Assembly: GCA_905331295.1 (NCBI GenBank)
Contig: CAJNYD010000062.1
Location: 496,001 to 560,000 of the forward strand
DNA: 64,000 nt
Direction of reading: 5' to 3'
DNA from: Rotaria socialis
Taxonomy: Eukaryota
Shown here: in pieces, positions 27,101 to 42,386 of the stretch
Numbering within the stretch: position 1 is the stretch's first letter
Layout of the letters: the number at the start of each line of letters is the position of its first letter
Program-made: the position numbers and the translations under genes
The notes under the pieces: model-generated
Told to the model about the DNA's origin: nothing
The model's database searches: none
What the model saw: only the letters and a program-made list of their open reading frames with translations

Positions 27101-29150
27101 CGATTTGTTGTTGTTGTTGTTGTTGTTACATTCGGTGGTATCGTTGCACCATTAATAACCGCTACTTTTGGAAGTGATAGTGTTGGTAAATGACGTACAC
27201 TGACACGATTTGATGAATGATAATCATGATACGGCTGGCGGACTGAAAAATAGAAGATGAAAATTAGTTTAAAACAAAAATTCAGATCATTAGTAGAATC
27301 TCTATGAAATTAAAATGCGAAATATGATGAAGTTATTGTTTCTAATTACATGATGATTAGTTTACTCTGTGCGTTTCTGACAGATTTCTTTTACTGAATC
27401 CTAAATAAACGTAATTAGGAGCCTATTCATAGACTAGAGTGACATTATTCAGCTAAATTAGTTAATCCTAAATCTAAAGCTGATAGTACCGCGTGTATTG
27501 TGAAAGCGAGAGGTTACGATGGCTTTTGTTAAACGTCTATCACAGTATTTCAAAAAGATCCAATTTTTATTGTAAAACTATAATAAGGTTTGCTTAACTT
27601 ATGTTTGACAAGAATAAATAAATCATTTGTTTTTTCTTAAGTTTCCAATGAGAAAAAAAAACAATGTTCAGATATCAAACGTAAATATATAATTATGCTT
27701 TACATTTATCATTTGTTTCCTTGGCAATAAATATCAGGAAATATATATTTTTACGAAGAAAGCTCTACCGGTCATATCGATTATTTTTTAACTAGGTACA
27801 ATTTCTCAACGAAATAATCGATTGATGAGGGAACTATTTTCAATTGTTATTTTAATACTTGAAAATATGTTTTTTTTCTTACTTAATTTGCTCGGCCAGT
27901 CAAATGATTGATATACATTGAAGTTGAATACTTTAGGTGTTAAGAACATGACGGTAAGTATAACAGTAAATGATAATCAAGTTCAAGAGTAGTGCTTCAT
28001 TTGTTTTTTGTTGCTTCACCTAACAACAACTCTCTTCCTTTTATTCACAACGATATTGTTCTCTTTTTTTTCTTCCTCACTCTCTCTCTGTCGCTCGCTT
28101 TTTCTCGTTGCTTTCTTTATTTTTTATTATAATCTCAATTGTAGCGAAAAAAAGAATATTTAGTGAGCTCCTGTAGCTGTATTTATTAGTTAATAATAAT
28201 CATTGAAATGAAGCATTCTTTCTATTCTCGTCGAGCAGCAGCAGTAGTAGTAGATCACTCGACAGGCGAGTTAATTTCGAATTCTTTCTATTGTGTTTGT
28301 AAAAAATACAATAAGAAAAAAAAGAAAATAAGAAAAAAAAAGAAGAATGAAATCAGTTTGCAGTGTCGATAAATTTCTAATTACTGTTTCTCTTTTTTCT
28401 TTTTTTCTCATTTTCTCTTTTCTTTCCACTTTTGTTGACTTTGTAATATAAAATCGTAATAGTAATTAAAAAATGTAAGCTGACGAAGAAGAAGACATAG
28501 ACATGTATCGATACAGAGGAAATCCTTGCTATGCATATTTGAAAAATATTTTAATCGCAACATCATCAGCAACGAAATCAAAAAAAAATACAAAGGACAT
28601 TGCATTATTTTTAGTAATACGAATGCATAAATACAAACTGAGTGTTGTCCCGTGAAATAAAAAGAAAAGCAGTTCACGATAAACAGACTGTAAATCACAA
28701 AAATAAAATCCATGTAAACCTACTTTGTTCGATATTGAAAGTTATATGAGGTACATAATTAACGATATATTCTAATTTTTGAAATGGTTCATATGCTGCG
28801 CACACATAGGAAGCACCATCTTTCAAACTACCAATATCTGTAACTTCTGTGCCATGTTGCGGTGTAAATAGTCTTCGTGCACCATAGGGTAAATCGATGG
28901 CGACTGATAAATCTTGCAACAATTGTCTAAGTTTTGTATAGTTATGCGGTGTGACTGTTACTTGTTTACCAGAAAAACATCGATCACCATTACGATATAA
29001 TGTTATTCTACATGGTGCACGAGCTGACCTGTCATTTGTTAATCGTGCTAGAGGCGGACGAATAAGTTTTCGAGTGTAATGTTTTGGTTGTGAAAGTGCT
29101 TGTATAGGACTAGGTAACCATTGATTAGATGATGAAACCACATCCGTCAT
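24107..29150 (-). CDS. DCLK: doublecortin-like serine/threonine kinase
   Basis: DCX1 (ITLYRNGDR...RRLFTP), DCX2 (RTITIVK...[14 protein letters not shown]), CAMK-type kinase ([28 protein letters not shown]). Confidence 0.93.
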
Positions 29151-31798
29151 TTGTCACAGTTAATGAAAAAAATCTGCAGAGAAAGGAAGTCGCACAAAAC
29201 AGAACTAAATTATTAATTTATTTAGGTATATCTTTTGTTACAATTAAAAGCGTGAAACAAAATGTTGTTTTCAATAGAGCAACAGATTAAAGTCTAAAAT
29301 AGAACGATTTTCCATTTTGTTGTTATGACAATGCCATTAAGTAATCGTTGAAAAAGAAAAGAATTATTGATTCAGGAATACAAAAAAATAAGTTAAACAG
29401 ACGACGAATTCTAGCGTCATCTTTTATTTTAAAAGGTTCTTCTTTTCACTAAAGTCGTTGCTTAGGATCTGCAATCAATTTGATATGTCTAATTGAATAA
29501 ATCTTTTTTCTCGATAGCTTAAACTTCAAATTTCAGGATCATCGTTCGTTAAAAAAAAGTCAAACGTACTGCTCAATAATTATTCATATGAAAAATATAA
29601 CGATTAGCCATTTCAGGCACATAATTCATATCTTTATTGTTTGATGTATGTGCTTGTGTTTGTGAACACAGCAAACAATTCAAAACAACACAGCGTTTTA
29701 TGATTGTGTTCACTCAATTTCCTGAATTGACATGTTTGATGAAAAATAAATATGCCGGTATAGAAGGCTTACATGAATTTCCTCTCATGAGTTTCCCTAA
29801 AAATTAGAATTTCTATGCTTGATCTGCATATTTGTTGGGACAAAACGGTCTGTTTTGGCGCACATTATAATCGATGGAATCTTCTGAGACAATTATCCTT
29901 TGTGTGTTATTTGCGTAAAATACTAAATTACTACTCCACATGTTTTCTTCTGAATCATCTTACCATGCGGGCAAAAGTCCGCATAACCTCAAGAACAACT
30001 ATATAATCAAACTTCCCTATTGTGATATTGTAGATTTTTGAATAGCTTGTTCAATAATTTAACCACTGATTGAATAACTCATGATTTCAACGACGTCATT
30101 CAAATAGTAGTTGTTGTTTCGCTATAGTTATGGTGTTGTCTAAATTTACCCTGACTGTCATAGCGCGATCCTATGCAATAAAAACCTTGAAATGCAATTC
30201 GACTCGAACGCAAACTGTTCACAAGTACCTTTTAATGAAATTGATTACTGTCTAATCCTGCCGAACGCTACGTTTTTCTAAAGAAGTCTTGTGCAAACTT
30301 TTAGGATATTCATGAGACTAGTTAAGTTTTCTCTCTAGTGCATATACGTATACTAGGATCTCATTGAACAATTTTAGAAGCCAGATTTCTGAAAGCTGAG
30401 CAATTGAATTTGCAAGCTTCAGGGAATTTAGTCGAACGTCTATTTTCAAGTGTTTAAAATTCTGACAATCATGATTGGTCATCATATGTTTTGATAAATT
30501 TCCCTGGATAATTTGTTCCACAAATGGCAGAAAAACAGCGGTGCTCTTTTTTGTGTGCTAACTAAAAATTTGATTAAAGAAAATATGACAGCCATTCATT
30601 TTGCTTTCTTCAAAAAAACAACTCTAAACAAGTTATCTGTCAGCTGATTCGTGAAAAGGGAATGTTTTGTTCTTATCAAATAATTACATTTTGAAATCGA
30701 TCGAAGGAACTAATATTTGTTGGAAATGTAAATTGCGTTAATGTTCAAATAAAAATTTCCATTTATCTGAATAATTAATCGCCCCAGAATCGTAACTGTA
30801 TTGAGGATGTAGAAAAGAGTTCAGACGTTTGATGAATATAAAAATTATATCTCAAAAATTCATTTTACTAGTCTCGAATAACTTATAGAATAGAATTCTT
30901 ACTATTAAGTTCTTGAACCTATAAGATTCGTAACTAGGCGCCTCGGATTAATTGAAACGAAATAAGAACTGTTATTCTTTCATAAAATGCCGTTATTTTC
31001 AACATTTTTTTCAAACAATCAAAATAAAAACATCAATTATGAGTGTAATGTTCTTCAAGAACATTGACGAATTTTGGTACTCAATTGGTATTCTAATAAA
31101 GTGATGGTATAGAGAAAAAAAACGCTGTTTTGTAGTCATTTTGCTGGAGAAGTTTGACATGACTGAAATAAAACTCACCAGTTGATACTGTAATAGTGCT
31201 AGATTTGTTTCTAGCCGAAAACTCAAAATTATTCTTTTGATATATACTTTTCTTTTTCGAGTATTCTGGACTTGGTTAGATTTCGAATGACTGAAATCAA
31301 CCCGAAGAGATATTAGTGTTCTTTCGATAGGTTTTCTTTCACTTAATACTCGAAAATATTGACGAGTGCCCAAGGATCGAAATTAAATGTCTGATTTGAT
31401 TCCCTTTACGAGTGCTCGGAATTCAATGATTGCCAAGAGACCTTGTATTTGCAATGAACGAACCAAACGTATTTACGTCAGACTTTCAAAACACTTATTG
31501 CATCTGTTACATGTTTTTCGCTTTCCACTTGAAATTTGTCTTGATGCGTAAAATTACGTATGACAAATTTCGATGTTTCTACAGCCAAACAACTACAACT
31601 TTCTTTGACGACTTCTCTTAGCGTATTTTTTTTCTGAAAAGCTTAAAGCTACTAAATACGATAGGTACTCGATTTTGTAAAATTATATGCATAAAAGAAT
31701 TCGAATTATTCGTCAAGATCTATGATTATCAAACGTGAGAAAGGCCCGGTTCGGTTTTACTTTCATGAGTATTAAATCTTCTTCAGCGTTCACTGGAT

Positions 31799-32205
31799 GA
31801 CGCAAATGAGTTACAAAGTAATTCTGTGTTGAACAATAACCAGTATAGCTCTTATGGGGACTACCACGGAGAATCAGGGTCTACCATTGGTAATCAGAGT
31901 CTGCCATAGGGAATCGGGGCCTACCATGGTGTGGGTGTCACGTAGGGTATATACAGCAAGAGCACACACACACATCACACATCATACATGATAGTGTGGG
32001 TGTCATGAAGGGTGTACACAGCGAGAACACACACATCACAGCCCGCATATTTTTAGGACCCTAGTAGACGCTAGTAGACCCTGGTAGACCGTGGCAGATC
32101 CGGTTAGACCCTGCTAGATGCCGATTCCCTATGGCAGACCCTGATTACCAACGGCAGACTCTGGCTACGTTACATTTTTTAATTATTTTGTAATTCATTT
32201 GTGTC
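31799..32205. mobile_element. MITE with 2-bp TSD
   Basis: at|gacgcaaatgagttacaaagtaatt...aattattttgtaattcatttgtgtc|at; internal ggtctacca/tggtagacc inverted subrepeats. Confidence 0.8.
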
Positions 32206-32641
32206 ATGAAGTCTCAGCGCCCAAAAAGTTTTTCTTTGATGAACATCAGAAAACTAATAGTTCGATATTAACTTCATATTGATTAGTTTGCTTTCATAAT
32301 TAAAAATTTAAATATAATAATAAGAAATTTATTTGATTATTCATAATTATATTGTCAGATTGAGAGATTTATGATTATGGAAGGACATCTAGTATGAGAC
32401 GGAAAGAAGCTCTATAGTAGGAGATTATTTTCGTGAAAATAGCGAGGAGCTCATGTTTTTGGGTGAAAAATCAAAGAACTCGAATCATAACTAGTCGTAG
32501 AGTTTGAAAAATGAAGCATATCGATGTGGATCAGACGAGAGCGTGAGTGTGCCCTACGAAGTGAAAGACGTTTCTTGTTACTTCAGCTGTTTCAAGCAGT
32601 CTAACTTGCATAGAATGAAGATTATTTTTCACCCACACCCT

Positions 32642-32793
32642 CAACCTGTCAAAACTGGTCGCCGGATACGGTTTCCGGATTCCTGCATCGAATTCCCGAC
32701 AATTCCCGGTGGGACACGGTCGGAAACAGCGAGTTTCTTGCAGATTTTTGCCAGAAATTCACGGAATACTGCTTCAGGAATCATTGTCCTAGG
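32642..32793. mobile_element. truncated CCCAGG-family MITE fragment
   Basis: ccgg/ggaa-rich, ends cctagg at 32793; other end abuts cacccacaccc. Confidence 0.55.
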
Positions 32794-33826
32794 TAGGGCA
32801 AGGCAGGGCAGGGCGTGACAAGGGTATGAAGTTTTACGATAGGGCAGAGCTAGGGTACAAAAAAATCTTAACATGCAGGACTCTACTGCATGTCTCGAGT
32901 TTTTCCGTATGTGAAAGATTACAATATGATCGCATATGCATTGTTTACGGCTTGTGTGCACTACTAAAGCTGAGATTTTCGTATCATCTACCTATTGTAA
33001 TGAAATACCTTTATGAAGAATGTTAAATAAATCGAAATAACTAATTTCACGCGTTCCAAAATCGAAAACAACAGAAAAAAACAAATTTTACATTTAAAAT
33101 CTTGTCATAAAAAATACTAGCGATTCAATGAAAATCAGATTGTATGGATAATGAGCTGTTTAATCTCTGGAAGATTTCAAGTCTTTGATTTACTAAATCC
33201 AATCGAGTGCAAATTTAGAAGTTTGCATGATGTCAATTCAATCATTTATCAACCCTGTGTCTCTGATCAGGAAACCTCGTCTTTCTACAGAAAATGTGAT
33301 TGGAACGCCGAGGTCCAAAATTAGATGAAATAGATTCATTAATAAATAGACGACTATTGAGTAGCACGGCATCAATTGATTTGAAAAACTCCACACTTTC
33401 ATAATAAATCCATTTAAAATAGCAGTCATTTGTTTTTCATACAGTGAGTAATTAATCAAGAAGAATTAACATAATGAACTACCTTGAGATTTTTTTATTA
33501 TTTCAGAAAAATATCGTCTAGTTGCTTCAGCTAATTGCTTTCTAAAGAGATAAAAGCAAAATCTCTTAGTGGGATTACTTTAGCTCTTTTCTATTTTAGT
33601 GTTAAAGCTTTTCTGTCTTTTACTTTGTATAAAATATGATTTCATAGAACAAAAAAAAACAATATTAATGTAAAATTCCAGAAAATCTCAGGCATGTTCT
33701 TTTATAAGCCTATCTAAATACTAACACTATCGAGCATGCTGCATAAAAAGTAGCAGCAGACTCAAATAAGACAAATAGCCCTATGAGGTGCTATAACGAT
33801 CATCGCTAGACAAATTTTTTGCAGTG

Positions 33827-35305
33827 ATGGTTCTTGCAACCGAGACTATTCTCTTAATAACACATTTTATAATTGTTTTTGTGGGTTATTCAAATGTATT
33901 TATTGATTTTATTGGAAATCTTGTGAATATTCTTGGTTTTACTCAATTAAGATTATTCCAACGAAATCCATCAGCACTTTACCTCACCGTGGCATCTATT
34001 GTTGATTTCTCTCAACTAGTTTTTCCAATTTCAGCTGATATTACTGTAACTGCGTTTGACTTCGATCCAACAAGAACATCTATTGTTTGGTGTAAACTTC
34101 ATGCATACTTAGCTAAAGTTACGCGAATCATTTCCACAATTACCATTTTTTTCGCAGCTATCGACCAATATTTATCAACCAGTTACAATCCTAATCTAAG
34201 ACGATTGAGTACTTTTAATTCGGTACAATATCTTACTACCATTATCATTATATTTTCACTGCTGTATAGTATTCTGTTGATGATATTCAGCGAAATTCGT
34301 CCAAATTTCGATTGTGCAACATTCAATCCAGTATTTAATTATTTTGATTCATTGTTTCACTATTGTATATTACGGCTTGTCCAAGCGTAACGCTGTGACG
34401 TTTTGGCAAATGTTTTTTGAAATATCTCGAAAAGTATGATAGCTAGAACGTTCATTCAAACGCCATTCGACGCTGTTTAACGAGTTCTATTTGTACTATA
34501 AATTTGATGTTTTTTGGTTGAACTCTATAGTTTACAGCGATAGTTTATAGTCGTGTAACACTGTGACGTAAAAGCCCCCTGAGTTTCCAACGCTCTCACT
34601 TATCGTTAAATTCCCTGCGAACGACGATCTCCAATTAAAATAGACCTGAAACCAATTTTGTAGAGAATGAAACGAGCTTTCCAGTGGTAAAAACATNACC
34701 AGTTACAATCCTAATCTAAGACGATTGAGTACTTTTAATTCGGTACAATATCTTACTACCATTATCATTATATTTTCACTGCTGTATAGTATTCTGTTGA
34801 TGATATTCAGCGAAATTCATCCAAATTTCGATTGTGCAACATTCAATCCAGTATTTAATTATTTTGATTCATTGTTTCACTATTGTGTATTAGTTGGTTG
34901 GTATGATACCGATTGTTATTTCGGCATTATTTAGTTTGCTTGCGTATCGAAATGTACGTCATATAATAGGACGTCAAACGCCAGTATTTCGTCGACGACT
35001 TGATCGCCAATTAACTGCAATGATTCTTTTACGTGTGTCGTTGTTTGTTTTCAAAAATTTATCTGACATCAGTTTTCGAATATATCAAGTTAATAATCCG
35101 ATTTTTCACGATTAATCATATTATCTAGCAGTTGTTGACATCATCGATGCCAGTTTAATGACAATTTTTTAATTCAATTTTACGGTATTTCACTTTTTTC
35201 TTGCGTGTTGATCATTTTATTTTGTTTGCTTCTTTCTTAGGGCAGCTTTTTTGTTTTTATGGTAGCATCAAGTCGACTTTGTCGACAAATAAAATGCTTT
35301 TCGTA
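33827..35305 (+). pseudogene. rhodopsin-family (class A) GPCR, disrupted and partly duplicated at an assembly join
   Basis: TM1 GNLVN, NPSALYL, WCKL, AAIDQY (DRY-like), RRRLDRQLTAM; insertion at 34373, N at 34697, apparent frameshift ~34895, stop at 35113. Confidence 0.8.
34373..34696. mobile_element. end of a TA-targeting DNA transposon inserted in the GPCR
   Basis: GPCR homology breaks after TA (34371-72); repeated gtaac(g/a)ctgtgacgt motif; sequence ends at N. Confidence 0.65.
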
Positions 35306-36491
35306 AAAAATTCACGTGTCAATGTCAAATGACGAGAGCGAATCAAAATCAAATCTCACCTGGAATTCAAGTACAAGTTATAGGATGTGTTCAACCAAAA
35401 AATCTAGCTGAACAACTAAGTGGTCACGGCAATAATGGCGAAATCGATGACATATGATCAATCATGAAAAGAACAGGATAGTGAAAATGCTACGAAATCG
35501 AATTCTTTATTTTTGAAAAATAAATTGAATATCATTACTTTCGATCCGCATTGGTTGATTCAATCCAGTGTGCATCATTATTATTGATTTCTAGTCAGAT
35601 TTTTCAAATTAAAATGACGAATTTAATTTTTAAAATCGTTATTCTAATTAATTTTGATATTCGACCAAAATAAATTTCTAATCTTTATTTTAAACATTAG
35701 ATAAGAACTGTTGATGGAATAAAAGATTCCTGATGCAAACTCCACTGGATAAAAGAAAAAGACAAACGCGATTTAGATACTGTTATTAATCGTTGAGACA
35801 TGATCTTATTTTTTTTCCAGTTTGAGAAAGATTTGTTAACTATCAGCAACACTGGTCATGGTTTACATGAAGTGGAATGCGAGTTTGACTAATCGCGCCA
35901 TTCGACATTCTATTTAGGTTCTATTCAAAAGAAGTACATAATTGAAGATGGACAAAATAATATTCAGGCTGAAATGTTCAACATTTTGTCAATGTAGTAC
36001 AAAATATAAGAATTATTATAAATTATAGGAAGAATGAAGTATAAATTGATTGTGAGACCGCTTCGATTATAGGAGAAAATCATAAATACAGATCATCACT
36101 TACTTGTAAATTGTAAATTAATCAAATATTAAATATATCAATAGATACTGATAGGAACAATTTACAAATTATCGATTTAATTTTAATCGAGATCAAAAAG
36201 ATCACGAACTAACCGTTTTAACTATTGATTTAATTTTTATTCAATCTCATCTAATCACATAAACCAACAACTTATTATATATTATTGCACCGAGCAGTCC
36301 GACCACCAATTCAATCCCACGGCTAAATGAATAGAATTCTTTATTTTTTCTCCTTTTTTGACAACTCAGCTATAAATTATATTTCTGCTTCTATTATCAT
36401 CTTTGATTAACTATTCAATCACGCAAAAGAAACGAACAAAAATTGATTTAAGCGTATATATTTATCATAAATAGTTACAGAGCAAGATGAT

Positions 36492-37126
36492 TCATTTTTT
36501 TTTTGATTTTATAACAACAGCAACTTTAAAAAAAGACGAAAATAAAATTATCGATAATGAAATATTTTAATATTCTTGAAAATTTCTCTTACCGACAATA
36601 ATTACGATGATAATAACAATTATGCCAATAAGAATAACCCACATCTACAGCAAAGCGAAATACTGAAAATATATTTTCGTAACTAAAATAAAACTTTACT
36701 CGACAATTTTTCCACCAATATTTCTTTTTAAGTTTTTGTGCATGAATAGCAAATTGTCGTGAACCTTCATTCAGCATGTCTATATTAATATCAAGGAAAA
36801 TTCGCATCACTTTTTATTTTCCTCAATAAAATTGATTACCTGATTTTTGTTCAAGATCATCAAGTTTTCCTGCACGGTCTAATTCTAATCGAATATTATC
36901 CTTCATAATACCTGTTACCTAAATAAAATGCCTAATAAATATGATATAATAAGTTCGAATAGATAAATATATGCCTCGTTAACTTCGCCTTGCAATTTTT
37001 GAACAGAGGACGGAGTATAGCGAACACCATCTCCTTGATAACTTGGATTGGTCATACCATGAGACCTTCATGCAAAACAAGAAAGAATACTTTAGTTATA
37101 CTACTAAACTCGAGTTACTCTTACAT
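36492..37126 (-). CDS. VAMP: synaptobrevin/VAMP-like R-SNARE
   Basis: Spliced: ...LQGEVNE|VTGIMKDNIRLELDRAGKLDDLEQKS|DMLNEGSRQF...KKKYWWKNCR|MWVILIGIIVIIIVIIV|VAVVIKSKKK*; R-layer and C-terminal TM present. Confidence 0.9.
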
Positions 37127-37294
37127 AGTGGACTGTTTCTTGAAAGACAAACTTCTAAGTAAAAATGAATAAAAAGTAAGAGTTTGTGTTTGTTTGCTGA
37201 TTACTCATAAGGTTTTTATCAGTGTATAACATGATTATATTATCTTGAGTAACGAACACAACAAAGAAGAAGAAGAAGAAGAAAGAACGAGAGA

Positions 37295-38551
37295 ATGAAG
37301 CCAGTGATTGTTGTTGTTGGTGCTACTGGTCAGCAAGGTGGAAGTGTAATCAATGCATTAATCAATTCGAATAAATGGACTGTACGTGGTCTGTCTCGAA
37401 ATATTTCATCGGAAGGCAGTCAAGTAAAATTTAGCAAAAAGAAGGAATAATTAGATTATAGTGTAAATTATCTTAATTTTAGAAATTGATTGCAAACGGT
37501 GTTCAAATCATATCATGTAATATCGATTGTTTTGATGAATGTGTAGAAGCTTTCAAAGATGCATACGGCGTCTTTGCCATGACTAATTATTGGGAATGTG
37601 GAATGACGAAAGAGTATGAACAAGGTATGAATATGGTTAATGCAGCAAAACAACAAGGTGTGAGGCATTTTATTTGGAGCAGTTTGCCTGATACAAAGGC
37701 GATTTCTAACGGACAACTTGATTTACCTCATTATAGGTATGTAAAATAAGTCCAGTGATGATGTCAAGCGGGTAAATATAGATTGAAAAACTGAAGACCA
37801 GAATTGTGAGGATGCTATCCATTATTATCATAGCATGAATGTTTCTAATCACACATAGACTCGATTCTCGTAGTGGAACAAAAAAACGAATTTCACGAGC
37901 ATTCAAATAGAGAATACAATAGCGTTGGTAAGGCAACAAAAAAATTCAGTTCTTGACGTAAACGGTATTTTTCCTCTTGAAATAATCATGTATCTCAGCG
38001 ATCGGTTTTGTTTTTCTACGGCTGATTGTTACAGGTCGAAAGCTCGCGTTGAATCGTATATTCGTTCTCAACAAAATCCATCATTATTTCCTTATACAAC
38101 GTTTATTTATGTTGGCTTTTATTATCAAAATTTTCAAACATTTTTTCAGCCAACACCTGATTTTGAATTTCGTGTTTCACTTCAACCTACTGGTCGTCTT
38201 CCTCTTTACGATGTTCGTGATACTGGTCCAGTTGTTTCTCAATGCTTTGAACATCCGGAACGATGGGGACAAGGAAATATTGTTCCGCTCGTTGCTAAAC
38301 GATTAACAATGGATGAAGTATGTGAAACAATTCGATGTGTTACGGGAAATAAATATATTCGTTATATACCATTAACTTATGAACAATGTGCTGGACAAAC
38401 AAAAGAATCAATTGATAATATGAGATGGTATAATGAATATGGAGATGTCGAAGAAAGACATGCAGAAAAAACAACAGAAGTTTATAATCAAATGAAAACA
38501 TTAGCAGAATGGATTCAAGAAACAAAATGGCTGATAGACGAAAAAAAATAA
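37295..38551 (+). CDS. NmrA-like family NAD(P)-binding protein
   Basis: MKPVIVVVGATGQQGGSV, AYGVFAMTNYW, HFIWSSL, PHYR|SKARVE, VGFYYQN; introns ~37424-37482 and ~37737-38034. Confidence 0.9.
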
Positions 38552-38559
38552 ACATTAAT

Positions 38560-40588
<2,029 letters not shown>

Positions 40589-41228
40589 TTTATCTGAAAT
40601 CAAATAACAATAAGTGAATTTGTTTGTATTATTCATAATAAATACTTGTATAGCACGTTTTTAGTATAGTAGCAGCAAACGAATTTTTGCGTAAAACCTA
40701 TATTTTCGAGTTAATATATACTATTGGTTGTGTAGTGTACTCAATCGAGTTGAAAGTTTTTGAAAGATATCTATTCCATTGGATTAATTGAATTCATTTC
40801 GAGTTTTAGTAAATGAAAAAGAATCATATTCTTACAAATTGCTAAAATGAATAGTAGCATCCTTGAGAGGACGCCACAGTCCGCAATAGTACAATCGGAA
40901 GATAATAAAGATTTCAACTCTCTGAAATTCTAATTAAATGGTTAACTGTTGTAGATTGAGTAATTTATTTTCACTGCTTTCTTATTTCAAATCATTTGCT
41001 AACTAACATTGACTCCAATAAATTCTCTTATCGAGAGTAAATATTGAGAGTTCCAACTGTACGCTTGCTTCACTGTTTGATAAAACATTTTTCTACTTAT
41101 TATTCATAAATAATAATAAAAATTATCCACAATAGGGTATATGTTACACTTATATGGCAGAATATTTTTTTAATTTCACCATATGATATTAAATATGAAC
41201 GAATAAGGATGAATCCCTTTTTCTATTA

Positions 41229-42386
41229 TCAGTAACAATATAAACACTTTTTTGGCCAACTTTTAACTTTCATCGATGTAAACGTAACAGATTTGGAATT
41301 AATTCCGTTGCCTTCTTCATCGAGAGTTTCTTGGTATCCCATGTGAACATTACCATTTCGTTCTCTTCGCCAATAAGTTGATGTTTGAAAGTCCGTGTAT
41401 TCGTTTCTCATCAGCCAACTTCTTTGTTCCCAATCGCTTGCATGCAAATGAAATTTTATAACTTTTAATAAATATTTAGATAAAAAATATTGCCATTTTG
41501 GACCATCGATTATTGTTATTGAAGAAGATGTAATAATAAATGATTTTAAATTTGGTGTTCGTTTAAAAATTGATTCAAGATATGTGAATGTAAATTCCCA
41601 ATTAAAATGTACTACAAGATTAGTTAAAAAATCAAATGTTAATTTCTCGTTGGGAAAATCTCGTTGTACTGGATTGTCATAAATTGTTGCAGTCAAAGAT
41701 TTTATTCGTGGTAAAAATAATGATGACAAAATACAATCGAATTCGTCGAAATAGAGTTGATAGATATCTAAATATTCAAGATGACTTGTTATCGACTGAT
41801 TAAATAGTGGCGCATTGTGAGTTCTTCTGTGTTGTTCTGTGTGATCCATTAGGGCTAATTTCAATGCTTTTAATTTAGTACAAGAAAGAAATATTGTTTT
41901 ACACGCATATCGGAGATCATCTATCGTTATTTTAAATTGATATAAATCAAACGTAATATTTAAAAATGTTAAGCATGGTAACAATGGTAATTGATCGATG
42001 ATACTACGAAGATCCGTAGTGGAAATAATTAGTCGTAAGGTTAGTGAATGTAATTGTTGAAATAATTTATGGGATATTGAATAAAAAACTGCTTCATGCT
42101 TTTCATGTTGCTTCTCTTCTGCAAATATCATAAGTTTCAGTGATTTTACACATTGTAGTTGATGATCATTGAATTTTGTGATCAATTTATGTTTTGTTGA
42201 CAACAAATCTAAGTATATATTCGGTAATTGAGCTAAATAACCATCGATTCGTTGATTTAAATGAGCGAATGTATTGTATAATTCAGTAAAATAGAAAAAA
42301 TCGAATAGTTCGAAAAAAAGTTCAGCTGACAGATCTTCAAGTGTAGTTTTACTCTGAGATAATTTCACTTCACTAGCTTCTTGCAT
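41229..42386 (-). CDS. F-box domain / LRR-like protein
   Basis: 385-aa intronless ORF; LEDLSAELFFELFDFF...YNTFAHLNQRI F-box-like start; LxxLxL repeats; IDGPKWQYFLS motif. Confidence 0.8.
   Translation of the reverse strand: MQEASEVKLSQSKTTLEDLSAELFFELFDFFYFTELYNTFAHLNQRIDGYLAQLPNIYLDLLSTKHKLITKFNDHQLQCVKSLKLMIFAEEKQHEKHEAVFYSISHKLFQQLHSLTLRLIISTTDLRSIIDQLPLLPCLTFLNITFDLYQFKITIDDLRYACKTIFLSCTKLKALKLALMDHTEQHRRTHNAPLFNQSITSHLEYLDIYQLYFDEFDCILSSLFLPRIKSLTATIYDNPVQRDFPNEKLTFDFLTNLVVHFNWEFTFTYLESIFKRTPNLKSFIITSSSITIIDGPKWQYFLSKYLLKVIKFHLHASDWEQRSWLMRNEYTDFQTSTYWRRERNGNVHMGYQETLDEEGNGINSKSVTFTSMKVKSWPKKCLYCY

Larger units (their letters stand above)
29790..33480 (-). pseudogene. decayed multi-exon gene of unknown family, absent from the ORF track
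   Basis: Splice-bounded protein-like frames with scattered stops at ~33092-33478, ~32350-32620, ~31670-32250 (frame restored by removing the MITE), ~31248-31633, 30229-30520 and 29964-30170; 58-nt GT-AG intron 30171-30228. Confidence 0.55.

Noticed and set aside
29964..30170. In-frame TGAs as selenocysteine or a UGA=Trp genetic code
   Set aside because: Neighbouring exons carry TAG/TAA stops, a frameshift and MITE insertions; intact genes here use TGA as stop; no SECIS recognised.
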